From Chiloscyllium plagiosum (lineage: Eukaryota), in NCBI RefSeq assembly GCF_004010195.1, contig NC_057751.1:4435246-4479400 (forward strand): DNA of 44,155 bases. Direction: 5' to 3'. This document shows positions 33,076 through 44,155 of the stretch, piece after piece (positions within the stretch are counted from its first letter, which is position 1; each line of letters begins with the position of its first letter). A program made the position numbers and the translations under genes. Under the pieces are notes generated by a model. The model made no database searches, had not been told where the DNA came from, and saw only the letters and a program-made list of their open reading frames with translations.

Positions 33076-34129
33076 GTGTANNNNNNNNNNNNNNNNNNNN
33101 NNNNNNNNNNNNNNNNNNNNNNNNNNNNNNNNNNNNNNNNNNNNNNNNNNNNNNNNNNNNNNNNNNNNNNNNNNNNNNNNNNNNNNNNNNNNNNNNNNNN
33201 NNNNNNNNNNNNNNNNNNNNNNNNNNNNNNNNNNNNNNNNNNNNNNNNNNNNNNNNNNNNNNNNNNNNNNNNNNNNNNNNNNNNNNNNNNNNNNNNNNNN
33301 NNNNNNNNNNNNNNNNNNNNNNNNNNNNNNNNNNCCCGACTTGTGGGACTATATGTGGGGAGGCAGATGTGTGTTGAGGCGTGGAGGTTAATGGGGGGGA
33401 GGGAGGTTTGGGGTTGTGTCTGTGTTGGAGGTGGAGGGAGGGGTGTGAGTCGCTCCGTTCCTTTCAAACGCCAGGTTCACAATGCGACAAAGTTCTCCAC
33501 CTCCTCAGTGTGTGAGTGAGCAGCTCAGCACCATCAGGGTGCGTGTGTATGTCTGTGAGACCCCCTTCCCCCTCCCCCACCGCCACTTCAGGGAGTAGCC
33601 TGTTGGCCAGACGAGCATCCTGAGTGAATCTCCCCTCCCCCAGCCCTGCCGGACTCGGGCGGTGCTGAAACACTTCCTGATGCAATGCAGCGGAGACGGG
33701 GAGGGGAACAAATCAGACAGAACTCAGCTCCCTGAAAGCAGGGAGTGTTACCAGAGGGAATGTTCACTCCCCCCTTCCCCCCAGGGTCTGCGGGGGGACT
33801 GGGGAATGCTAACACAGGCTGCAGCTCCGAGCTGAGCCCGTTCAGTCCGATCCAGTGGCATTGCAGTATTTTGCTGAGTCATCTCTCACTGCTGGCGCGA
33901 ACAAAGTTATTTTCGCTTTTCATAAAGGATGAAGAGAGAAAGCAAGGGGAAAAGAAATAAACCCATACAAGATCATGACAGGGTCACTTTCCGTGTCATT
34001 ATAAATCTGTGTGAGATTGTTTCAGTCACTTTCAAGTGACAGCAAATTCTCACTCGGGACTCCGATATTGCCATCCTCTTGCTCTGTGTATCTTTCCCAT
34101 TTGCTCTCTCTCCATTTTCTTGGAGGACA

Positions 34130-34600
34130 GCATCGCAGTCACAGAACTATACAGCACGGAACAAGAACTCGTCGAGATATCGTCAATTAATCTAGTCCCA
34201 TTTGCTGGACGCTTCTATCCCTCTAAACCGTTCCTATTCACGACCCATCCAGATGCCTTTTAAATATACCAGCCTCCACCACTTCCTCTGGCAGCTCATC
34301 CCATACACACTCCACCCTCTGTGTGAAAATGTTGGCCCTTACGTCCCTTTTAAATCTCCCCCCCCCCCCCCCCCCCCCTTCACTTTAAAAGTGTGCCCCC
34401 GAGTTTCGGACTCCCCTCTCCTGAGGAAAAGACCTTGTCTATTTATCCTATCCATGATTTTATAAACCTCTATAAGGTCACCCCCTCAGCCTCCAGGGAA
34501 AACAGCCCCAGCCTGTTCAGCCTCTCCCTCTCGCCCGAGCCCTCCAACCCTGGCAACATCCTTGTCAATCTTTTCTGAACCCTTTCACGTTCCACCACAT
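34130..34600 (-). mobile_element. CR1/HER1-like 3' fragment
   Basis: RVQKRLTRMLPGLEG...ERLNRLGLFSLE on the minus strand. Confidence 0.85.
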
Positions 34601-35539
34601 CCTTGCCTGCAGCAGCGGGTCTTTGAGGATGGACCGGAGCAGGCCTGTGTTGGACTGAGCACTGAGCCATGGGTGTGCCCTCTGCTGCTGTGAAAGTCAG
34701 AGCTGGAAACAGTGAACTCTGTCTCCATTGGGTTCTGGTTCCAAGGAGCGGGGTTGAATGCACCCTCTGATGCATCCTCCCTGACTATGTCCTGATGCAG
34801 GATGTTTCAGTTTCTGAGAGCCCAAAGGGCTATTGAACATGAATGAGGTTCCAAACCTGCAGACTGTGCAGAGGGAGCTGCTGCTCTCGGTTCGATCCAC
34901 CTTCCCCGCACACATGTCTCCGGCCAGCTCCTCTCCCCGGGACAGGGCTCGGCCCACACTGGCTGTCTGAGCCGGGCCAGGCTGAACTGCTCCTCGGGAT
35001 CCCGAGCTCAGAGCGGGCTACAGTAGTTTAGTTCCCCTTCAGTACGTTAGACCGCGGTGGTTGGGAAAGAAAAATGCATGACTGGTCTTGGAGGGAGGGC
35101 AGGGTCCCAGACAGCAAGGAACAAAGACAGGTTGTTCTCTCCCATTGCTGCTGGTGGGATCTTGCTGTGCGCCAAGGGTTCGCTCACGGCCAGCGGCCCT
35201 GGGCTTTGGAGCCGCGGATCGGGAACCTCTGACGGTTCAGATCTCGGCGGCACCGTCTCCCAGGTGAGCGCTTCATGTCTGCCCTGAGTCCATAAGGCTG
35301 ACACAGTGTGTCTCACAGAGTACCAGCAGAAATCCCATCCGTTTGAACGGCAGCAACAGCTTGCGTGAGAAACCAAACCGAAATTGACCTTCATGTCTCC
35401 GTTAGCATAGACCTGCAAGCGGCAATTAAGGCCCAGGCTGGATTCCGAGCAGATACCCTCAAACACCATCAGGAGATGCTGATGGGAACTCAGTTATGAG
35501 TCACCTCCTTTTTGCAAACTGCACAGGCTGGAACATTAC

Positions 35540-35656
35540 TCGGAGAAAGTGGCGGCTGCAGAGGCTGGAGAGGCTGGTGCTGGAAAAGCACAGCCGGCCG
35601 GGCAGCATCCCAGGAGCTGGAGAATTGACGTCTCGGGCATAATCCCTTCATCAGGA
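35540..35656 (-). mobile_element. Penelope-derived arm with decayed hammerhead-like motif
   Basis: Minus strand: TC-CTGATGA-A-GGGA-TTAT-GCCC-GAGA-CG-TC-AATT, followed by the common tail. Confidence 0.7.
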
Positions 35657-35789
35657 TGATGCATGACTTGGAACATGACTCGAGCTAATAAGCTATTTAT
35701 TGTAACTTGTCAAGCTGGTTCTCGCCGAACAGACTGCAGAATTTTGAGAATCTGTTCAACACACAAAAGACTAAACGGACAGAACTCAT

Positions 35790-36210
35790 AATCTGGAACA
35801 AGAGGCCTTGCGTTTACTTATCACGACCTCAGGATGCCCAGCAGCGAATTAGTCACTTTTTAAAGCTGTTGGTACATGACGAAATGCAGCGCCAACTTGT
35901 GCAGCAAGATCCCACAGACAGCAGTGACAATAATTGTTCTTGTCTCTGTGATGTTGTTTTAAGGGTAAACATTGAGGGCAGGAGACAAGGAAAGGTCTCT
36001 TTCATTTTCTTTTTGAAATATTGGCCACCGAACCCTTTCCAACCGCCTGGGAGGGGGAGATGGGGCATCATTTTAACATGGTACTCAGAAGAAGGTACCG
36101 CCCAGAGTGCAGCACTTCCCCAGCGCTGCACTGAGGCAGCCAAGAGCAAGTGCAAATCTAAGTCCAAGCTAAGTCAAGTGTTGGCAGTGGGACATGAACC
36201 TACAACCATA
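35790..36210 (-). mobile_element. Old tRNA-derived SINE, family uncertain
   Basis: B-box-like ggttcatgtccc on the minus strand at about 36190. The internal blocks cagcaagatcccaca and agtgcagcact recur near 35155-35170 and 37066-37080. Confidence 0.45.
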
Positions 36211-36219
36211 CCAGGCACC

Positions 36220-36495
36220 TTTAGAACACAGTACATAGAACATTACAGCGCAGTACAGGCCCTTCAGCCCTCGATGTTGTACTGACCTGTGGAACCAATC
36301 TGAAGCCTTTCTCTCCTCAACTATTCCATTCTCATCCATATGTTTATCCAAGGACCATTTAAATGCCCTTAAAGTTGGCAGGCATGCCGTTCCACACCCC
36401 TATTACTCTCTGACTAAAGAAACTACCTCTGACATCTGTCCTGTATCTATCACTCCTCAATTTAAAGCTATGTCCCCTCGTGCTAGCCACCCGAG
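36220..36495 (-). mobile_element. CR1 3' end, similar to the tail of the 13700-17384 element
   Basis: MDKHMDENGIV on the minus strand. Reverse complement resembles 17100-17384. Confidence 0.85.
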
Positions 36496-36539
36496 GATGC
36501 ATTTACCAGATGCCTTATCTGTGACAATCTCTGCTGCTT

Positions 36540-36800
36540 TGTTATCCCTAGGTACTGTCCAGGCCTGAATGACACTGTTCAAAAGTCTTGTTAGACCCTG
36601 AGCTCATCCTCTGAACCCCGATGCTGCCCAGCAGTTCCATTCGACTGCCTGGCCCGGCACTTTCTCTGTCCATGTGCTGGTGAAGTGCCCAGCTGTTCCA
36701 ACAAGCTCTCCAATCTGAATGCTCTGCTGGGCAACCCCCCAGTTTCCACTTTGCAGAAATTCCAGCTCTTCAAAATTCTCATGCTGCAGTTCCTCCATCG
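36540..36800 (+). mobile_element. Highly decayed L2-like RT C-terminal fragment
   Basis: LNALLGNPPVSTLQKFQLFKI resembles the L2 motif NALLAGLP..TL.KLQLIQN. Confidence 0.45.
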
Positions 36801-37772
36801 ACTTATCTTTCTCTTTTACCTCCTCCAAAATAACAATCATCCCCCTCTGCAATCCTCAAAACCTGAATCCCATGTGGACTTCCCTAGTTCCTTCTTCCTC
36901 ACTGTTAGTGATGTTGCTTTGTGTTTTCGTAAATTCACTGTGGTAATGGGCAAAAACAGACTTGCTCACAATAATGTCCTGTTGTATACTCACCCATTAG
37001 TGTGAATGACATTGGCTCTGGAATGAATATGGTCATGATACACTTTCCTTCGACCTACCTACCTGACAGTGCAGCACTCTCTCTGTTCTCCATTCTCACC
37101 ACTATCTGGGGCAAGTCACAGCCCATTCCCCATTCTCACCAATCTCTGGGAAAAGAAGTTTCTCCTGAATTCTTTGGGGAATTTATGAGTGATACCCTGA
37201 TACACTTATGAGCCCCATTTCTGCTCTAGTTCTGAAGTGGAAATATCTTCTGTACACCTTTCCTATCAAAGACCTTCATAATCTTTGTGTTCTCTATGAG
37301 ATTATCCTCTGCATGTTGAAATGTTTCTGATGAGTGTTACTTAACAGGCTGATGCCATTCAGCAGTCCCATTTCTCAAACTGCCTCCCTATCTTTCTGAA
37401 GACATGGAGACCAGAATGTGGTACAGCCCACATTGCCCAGCTAAGGTTCTCTACATTTAATTCACTTCTCAGCTTTTCAGTTCTGTCCCTTGAGAAATGA
37501 GGCTGGTAGGTATAGAGAATGCTGGATAACTAAAGAAAGTGAGCGTTTGGTTAAGAAAAAGAAGGAAGCATATGTCAGGTATGGACAGGAGAGATCGAGT
37601 GAATCCTTAGAAGAGTATAAAGAAAGTAGGAGTGTACTTAAGAGAGAAATCAGGAGGGCAAAATGGGGACGTGAGATAGCTTTGGCAAATAGAATTAAGG
37701 AGAATCCAAAGGGTTTTTACAAATACATTAAGGACAAAAGGGTAACTAGGGAGAGAATAGGGCCCCTCAAAG

Positions 37773-38511
37773 CTACCTCCAAATGGACCCCACCACCAAG
37801 GATATATTTCCCTCCCCTCCCCTATCAGCATTTCGTAAAGACCTCTCCCTCCGTGACTCCCTCGTCAGATCCACACCCCCCACCAACCCAACCTCCACTC
37901 CCGGCACCTTCCCCTGCAACCGCAGGAGGTGCAAAACTTGCGCCCACACCTNNNNNNNNNNNNNNNNNNNNNNNNNNNNNNNNNNNNNNNNNNNNNNNNN
38001 NNNNNNNNNNNNNNNNNNNNNNNNNNNNNNNNNNNNNNNNNNNNNNNNNNNNNNNNNNNNNNNNNNNNNNNNNNNNNNNNNNNNNNNNNNNNNNNNNNNN
38101 NNNNNNNNNNNNNNNNNNNNNNNNNNNNNNNNNNNNNNNNNNNNNNNNNNNNNNNNNNNNNNNNNNNNNNNNNNNNNNNNNNNNNNNNNNNNNNNNNNNN
38201 NNNNNNNNNNNNNNNNNNNNNNNNNNNNNNNNNNNNNNNNNNNNNNNAATTCAGCACCGCCTTCCTAACCTGCAATCTTCTTCCCGACCTCTCCGCCTCC
38301 ACCCCAGTCTGACCTATCACCCTCACTTTGACCTCTTTCCACCTATCACATTCCCGACGCCCCTCCCCCAAGTCCCTCCTCCCTACCTTTTATCTTAGCC
38401 TGCTGGACAAACTTTCCTCATTTCTGAAGAAGGGCTTATGCCCGAAACGTCGATTCTCCTGTTCCCTGGATGCTGCCTGACCTGCTGCGCTTTTTCAGCA
38501 ATACATTTCCA
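37773..38511 (+). mobile_element. 5'-truncated Penelope-like element with an 11-bp target-site duplication
   Basis: IFPSPPLSAFRKDLSLRDSLVRS...GTFPCNRRRCKTC is the PLE linker Cys motif before GIY-YIG; the nuclease region falls in the N gap. GCCCCTCAAAG occurs at 37762-37772 and 38512-38522. Confidence 0.88.
38420..38455 (+). ncRNA. Minimal type I hammerhead ribozyme-like motif at the Penelope 3' end
   Basis: ATTT-CTGAAGA-A-GGGC-TTAT-GCCC-GAAA-CG-TC-GATT. The core is intact, helix II is a perfect 4 bp and the cleavage triplet is GUC. Helix I is weak. Confidence 0.65.
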
Positions 38512-41134
38512 GCCCCTCAAAGATCAGCAAGGTGGCCTTTTTTTGGAACTGCAGGAGATGGGGGGGATACTGAACGAGTATTTTGCATTAGTATTTACTG
38601 TGGAAAAGCACATAGAAAAAATAGGATGTAGGAAAATAGATGGTGACATCTTTAAAAATGTCCAGATTACAGAGGAGGAAGTGCCGGATGTCTTGAAATG
38701 CATAAAAGTGGATAAATCCCCAGGACCTTATCAAGTGTATCCTAGAACTCTGTGGGAAGCTAGGCAAGTGATTGCTGGGCCTCTTACTTAGATATTGGTA
38801 TCAGCGATAGTCACAGGTGAGGTGCCGGAAGACTGGAGGTTGGCTGACGTGGTGCCACTGTTTAAGAAGGGTGGTAAGGACAAGCCAGGGAACTATAGAC
38901 TGGTGAGCCTGACATCAGTGGTGGGCAAGTTGTTAAGGGAATCCTGAGGGACAGGATGTCCATGTATTTGGAAAGGCAAGGACTGATTAGGGATAGTCAG
39001 CATGGCTTTGTGCATGGGAAATCATGTCTCACAAACTTGATTAGATATTGGTATCAGCGATAGTCACAGGTGAGGTGCCAGAAGATTTTGAAGAAGTAAC
39101 AAAGAGGATTGATGAGGGCAGAGCGGTAGATGTGATCGATATGGACTTCAGTAAAGTGCTTGACAAGGTTCTCCATGGGAGACTTGGTTAGCAAGGTTAG
39201 AACTCACGGAGTACAGGGCGAACTAGCCATTTGGATACAGAATTGGCTCAAAGGTAGAAGACAGAGAGTGGTGGTGGTAGTGGAGGGTTGTTTTTCAGAC
39301 TGGAAGCCTGTGACAAGTGGAGTGCCACAAGGATCAATACTGGGTCACTACTTTTCATCATTTATATAAATGATTTAGATGAGAGCATAAGAGGTATAGT
39401 CAGTAAGTTTGCAGATGACACCAAAATTGGAGATGTAGTGGACAGCGAAGAGGGTTATCTCAGATTACAACAGGATCTTGATCAGATGGGCCAATGGGCT
39501 GAGAAGTGGCAGATGGAGTTTACTTCAGATAAATGCCAGTTGCTGCATTTGGGAAAGCAAATCTTGGCAGGACTTATACACTTAAGGGTAAGGTCCAAGG
39601 GAGTGTTGCATGAAGTGCATGACATGCAGGTTAATAGCTCCTTGAAAGTGGAGTCACAGGTAGATAGGATTGTGAAGATATTGGTCAGAGTATTGAGTAC
39701 AAGAGTTGGGAGGTCATGTTGCGGCTGTACAGGACATTGGTTCGGCCACTGTTGGAATATTGCGTGCAGTTCTGGTCTCCTTCCTATCAGAAAGATGTTG
39801 TGAAACTTGAAAGGGTTCAGAAAAGATTTACGAGGATGTTGCCAGGGTTGGAGGATTTGAGCTATAGGGAGAGGCTGAACAGGCTGGGGCTGTTTTCCCT
39901 GGAGCGTCGGAGACTGAGGGGTGACCTTATAATAGGTTTACAAAATTATGAGGGGCATGGATAGGATAAATAGACAAAGTCTTTTCTCTGGGGTCGGGGA
40001 GTCCAGAACTAGAGGGCATAGGCTTAGGGTGAGAGGGGAAAGATATAAAAGAGACTTAAGGGGCAACTTTTTCACGCAGAGGGTGAAATGTGTATGGAAT
40101 GAGCTGCCAGAGGAAGTGGTGGAGGCTGGTACAATTGCAACATTTAAGAGGCATTTGGATGGGTATATGAATAGGAAGGGTTTGGAGGGATATGGGCCGG
40201 GTGCTGGCAGGTGGGACTAGATTGGGTTGGGATATCTGGTCGGCATGGACGGGTTGGACCGAAGGGTCTGTTTCCGTGCTGTACATCTCTATGATTCTAT
40301 GACTAAGTCGGGAGCTTTGCGTTTCTTGAATGGCCTCACTGATGTGCAACACCGCTTTGAGTATCGTCCCCAATCACTCCTCCAGTTCTTTCACTTCACT
40401 GCAACATTTGTGGTCTTCTTAATCTTCCGACGAAAAGGCAGCCACTCAAATTTCTAAGTACTGTAATTGCATAGCTGTTTGGCCAGTTGGGCACACTAAG
40501 AATGCAGGCAAATTGGCTCCGAGTGAAGATATTTCTGACTCCATTTTACGACCTGGTTTATTGGTCATGGCTCACGTATCCAGAAGTAATGATATCTCTC
40601 TTTCAAAGTGAATTGGCACAGTGACTGCTGCATGATAATTAGTGAGATTTTGGCTGGTAGGAACTCTGTTACTGATGACACTTAGGAGTAAAACGTCTCA
40701 CACATTCAGTTTAAACATTACAATCTTCAATAAAACACACAGAGGCACGGATTCTGTCTGTCTGTCTGTCTGTCTCGCTCTCTTTTTATCTTTTGAACAT
40801 CCAAACATCCTTGCACCCAACTTGTCACAGAGCTCCTTATCCAGCTGCATTCCAAGCTGATGTGTTATGATCTCATCGCAATGTATCCTTCAGCAATTCT
40901 GCAATGCACTGTGATACACTGAAACTCCCATTTCACTGCAACTGAAAGACTTTTAGTGTTAAATCAATGTTCAGCTGCAGTGAAAAAAAAATACAGACAA
41001 CAACTGGGCATCGCTGTCCAAAGTGCTGCAAGTGTCTAACAGGTCATTGAAAAACTCAATCGCTAAGATTTTTGGAGACTAATTTCTGCCAATAATTGGT
41101 GCCAGTTTGCAATGTTTATTTTCACACAATCACA

Positions 41135-41470
41135 AGATGTGGGCATCGCTGGCCAGGCCAGCATTTATTGCCGGTCCCTGATTGCGGAGGTGGTGGTAGT
41201 GGACTGCTCTCTTGAACCACTGTAGCCTGTGTGCTGTAGGTAGATGCATCATGCCCTTCAGGAGGGAACTCTAGGACTTTGACACAACAACAGTGAGGCA
41301 ACAGTGGTATATTGCCAAGTCAGGTTGGTGAGTGGCTTGGAGGGGGAACTTGCAGGGGGGTGACTGTTGTCCTTGTCCTGCTAGACGGTAGTGTTCGTGA
41401 GTTTGGATGGTGTTGTCTAAGGAGCCTTGGTGAATTTCGGTGGCGCATCTTGCAGATGGTACTGACAGTA
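41135..41470 (-). mobile_element. Decayed LINE 3' end (CR1/L2 group, family uncertain)
   Basis: gatgtgggcatcgctggccaggccagcatttattgcc; related pieces lie on + at about 2190-2270 and 2515-2560. Confidence 0.55.
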
Positions 41471-42589
41471 GGAGTGAAGAGGGTGAACAGTTGAGGGAAT
41501 AGATGTGGTCAGGCTTTGTGTTTAGTGTTGCTGAAGGTTCAGAAGGGGCAGGTCTGAGTGCTATTTCTGATTCGATGAAAGTCTCACAACTCAGAGTCTT
41601 TAAGCAACCGCAATGTGACTTCATTCAACCTGAATAGAGAAAACAATTTGAATCTTAAATAGCTCCCCAAAAGCTCCAAGTGAACTGTGCAAAGCCTGAT
41701 TGATGATATCTTCAAAAATCTTCAGATCTGAATGTTGGGATGTTTTTATTGGAATCCTTGAAGTCGTGTTGCTTTGAGAGAAATTCAGATTTTTTTGTGT
41801 GACATTCCTTTAAAAGTTTGTGATGGTTCTCGCCCGTGATCGGGTTGAACACACTTCACAGTTTGTTTTCTTGAAAGAAGGGAGAGTTGTTTCTTAGTGT
41901 TCCGAGAGTTCATCTTGCATTAACCTCAACCTCTCATGAGTCAGGTACAGCATTCAGGAATAGGAGCGTGAGGCCGTTCTGCCCATCAGACCAGTTCCTG
42001 GCTGATCTGTGTCTCTCCTCAATGTATCCATCACAGTTATGTGTCCATTCACATGTTTTCTGATGGAATAAACTCTCCACCTCAGGCTACAGGATTTGTG
42101 GGCAGTCCCCAGTATTTACAGGGAGATAGAGAGAGGAAGAGACAGTCCAGGATGTGAACAATTATTTCAGGTTGTGAGTGAAATTCCAGACTCTAATTTA
42201 AAGATTTTGCCTCTGCCATTGGGGAACAGTATCTCTTTCACACCCTGATAGAAATTTTTCTCATTTTAAAATAATTAATTAGATCACATCTCAATCACTT
42301 AAACTCCAAGGAATAATAACGTGCCTTCAAGACTTCATCCTTCTCATATCATGCAATCCACAAGTTCACTTCAGCTGATTAAACTCCCTGGCGCCCCCGA
42401 TCATTCACCCAGCTTAACAGTGGTTGGATCTTGCTGTGCACAGATTGCTCAATTCCTGTATCAAACTAGTAGCTGGATTTGTTAAATTCATCCACTCTCT
42501 CCAAGGCTAACATCACATCTCTTTGTTGAGATATGGTGTACATGGGATAATGTTTTCTTCTGTACATGTTCATTGCATGTGTGTCAACA

Positions 42590-42860
42590 TCTATCGCCCA
42601 TCTTTAATTGCCCAGAGTGCTGTTAAGAATCAACCACATCACTGTGGGTGTGGAGTCATGTGTAGGCCAGACCAGGTCGGGATGGCAGATTTCCTTCCCT
42701 AAAGGATATTGGTGAACCAGATGGGTTTTTCCTGACATTCAGGTAGACAGCCCCAGACTCACATTTTAGTTCAGTTTGTTTTTTAAAAAAAAACTGAAAC
42801 CCAATTTTACCAAGTTCCTAGAAGGTGAACCTGTCACCAGCTCAGTGACATTACCACATT
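42590..42860 (-). mobile_element. Deu-domain (SacSINE1-like) SINE
   Basis: caaccacatcactgtgggtgtggagtcatgtgtaggccagaccaggtcgggatggcagatttccttccctaaagga; homologous to 32805-33075. Confidence 0.7.
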
Positions 42861-43076
42861 CCTGATGCAGAATACAGTGTCCCACACCAACACTCTGCTC
42901 ATCTGACCCATCGCCTGCTGTCTCTTTGTGAGATTTAGAAGTGCTGGTCATTTGAGCAGAGTGTAGTGTTTTTAACAAGGTCAGCCAGAGGGACCTTCGA
43001 GAATCTGAGTTCCATGATAGGGGCCATTGACCTGGTCCAATCGGGGAGCCCTGGCTGACAGATTAAAAACAGGAGT

Positions 43077-44155
43077 TTTCGCGACGTTCCGCCTTCAGAC
43101 CTTGCAGCGATACCTTTACGTCGAGCCTCCTCCTAGGTGGTGCGCCCTGGCGATGTATTTTTTCCGCCAGGTGCATAACCTCAACTACGACATGTAGCTC
43201 CTGTTCGTCGACCGTGACGGTTTGGAGGTCGCCCTCAAGACGCTGCCTGTCTTTTACCAGGACCTGATCACTGTCTGGAACATGGTCGAGTCACGCCACG
43301 CCTACCCTCCGGCTGGAGTAGCGGCTGTCGTCAGGGAGCCGTTGCTCAGGAATCCGTACCTCCATACTCGCGGGTTCGAGTGGCTGTCGGAGGGGAGGGC
43401 CGCGGCGGCGAGGGTGACCAGGGTCGGGGACGTGCTGGGTGCCGGGGGCCTGGGCTGGACGCTGCTGCAGGACATAGCGAGCAGGGCAGCGGTAGACGTC
43501 TGGTAAATGGCCACCGCCATCCGACGCCTTAAAACAGCGGTGCTCAGACCCGACATAGTGCACCAGTTGGAGGACGCTCAGGTGTGCGGTGGGATACCGT
43601 CCGCGCTCACCCCAGCCCGGACGGAATTTCACATTGGCCCCAAGGTCCCGTACTTCCCGCGGGAGTCTGTGCCCCACAACCTGAGCCGCCTCTGAAATTT
43701 TAATTTTGCTTTGTTTAGGGAGGTGAAGAGAAAGGCCCTGTATCGACTGCTGCTGCACACCATCCACCTCTTCTCCCTCATCCACCGTCCGGACACGCCT
43801 TGGCGTCCCCATTTGCCACCGGGCGGTGGGGATCCCCAGTGGAGGGCTCTCTACACGGGAGTCCTCCCCCTTTCTCTCGGGGATCTGGGGTGGAGGGTGC
43901 TGCACGCAGCAGCCCCCTGCAACCGCAGATTGCGGTGGTTCACGGACTCCCAGCCCAACTGCTTGTTCTGTGGCGCTGTGGAGTCCGTGGACCACGTGTA
44001 TATTGGGTGTGGGCGTTTGCACTCCCTTTTTGATTTTCTGAAAAACCTTCTCCTCTGCTTTTGGCTGCACTTCAGTCCCACGCTCCTGATCTTTGGGCAC
44101 CCAGTACGGAGGAAGGAGGGCAGGTCTGAAGACCCCCTCGTGGGTCTGCTCCTGG
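43077..44155 (+). mobile_element. Tx1-like (L1 clade) retrotransposon, 3' part of ORF2, 5'-truncated and pseudogenised, runs off the window end
   Basis: Reads FRLQTLQRYLY, LPVFYQDLITVW, EPLLRNP, then DLGWRVLH...CLFCGAVESVDHVYIGC (C-terminal CCHC zinc knuckle). There are in-frame stops and an abrupt rise in GC/CpG. Confidence 0.85.

Larger units (their letters stand above)
37490..40302 (+). mobile_element. 5'-truncated CR1/HER1-like LINE ORF2 (RT), inactivated and interrupted by a Penelope element
   Basis: IKENPKGFYKYIK, KSPGP, QHGF, LFIIYINDLD...SKFADDTK, RPLLEYCVQFWSP; (ctatgatt)-type tail. Confidence 0.95.

Noticed and set aside
36604..36852. Acidic 82-aa ORF resembling an exon
   Set aside because: No recognisable domain or splice context; better explained as the antisense of a decayed L2-like fragment.
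38250..38258. Perfect RE1 left half TTCAGCACC
   Set aside because: It sits at a gap edge inside the Penelope element and has no right half.
1..44155. CRISPR arrays, operons or other prokaryotic systems
   Set aside because: This is a spliced vertebrate locus with no repeat-spacer array. All RT and nuclease fragments belong to eukaryotic retroelements.

Overview
This is vertebrate genomic DNA, most likely from a shark or other cartilaginous fish (inferred from the HE1/V-SINE, HER1/CR1 and Deu-SINE-type repeats). It holds two type IV intermediate filament genes arranged tail to tail. NEFL is on + with 4 coding exons (5820-9588, 551 aa) and NEFM is on - with 3 coding exons (32068-28132, 788 aa). 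All splice sites are GT-AG, and both genes have a TATA box and AATAAA signals. The rest is mostly decayed, often nested mobile DNA: CR1 LINEs (one near full length inside a solo LTR), Penelope-like elements, SINEs, a Tigger-like MITE, L2 and Rex1 remnants and a Tx1-like L1. Two signals stand out. (1) About nine dispersed minimal hammerhead-ribozyme-like motifs (CUGANGA-A-stem-GAAA-NN-UH) occur with covarying stems. They are tied to Penelope ends and to short palindromic non-autonomous elements. (2) A tandem pair of long-spacer REST/RE1 sites lies between the two genes, with further split RE1 candidates at both genes. Repeat family names come from recognition, not database searches, and repeat boundaries are approximate.
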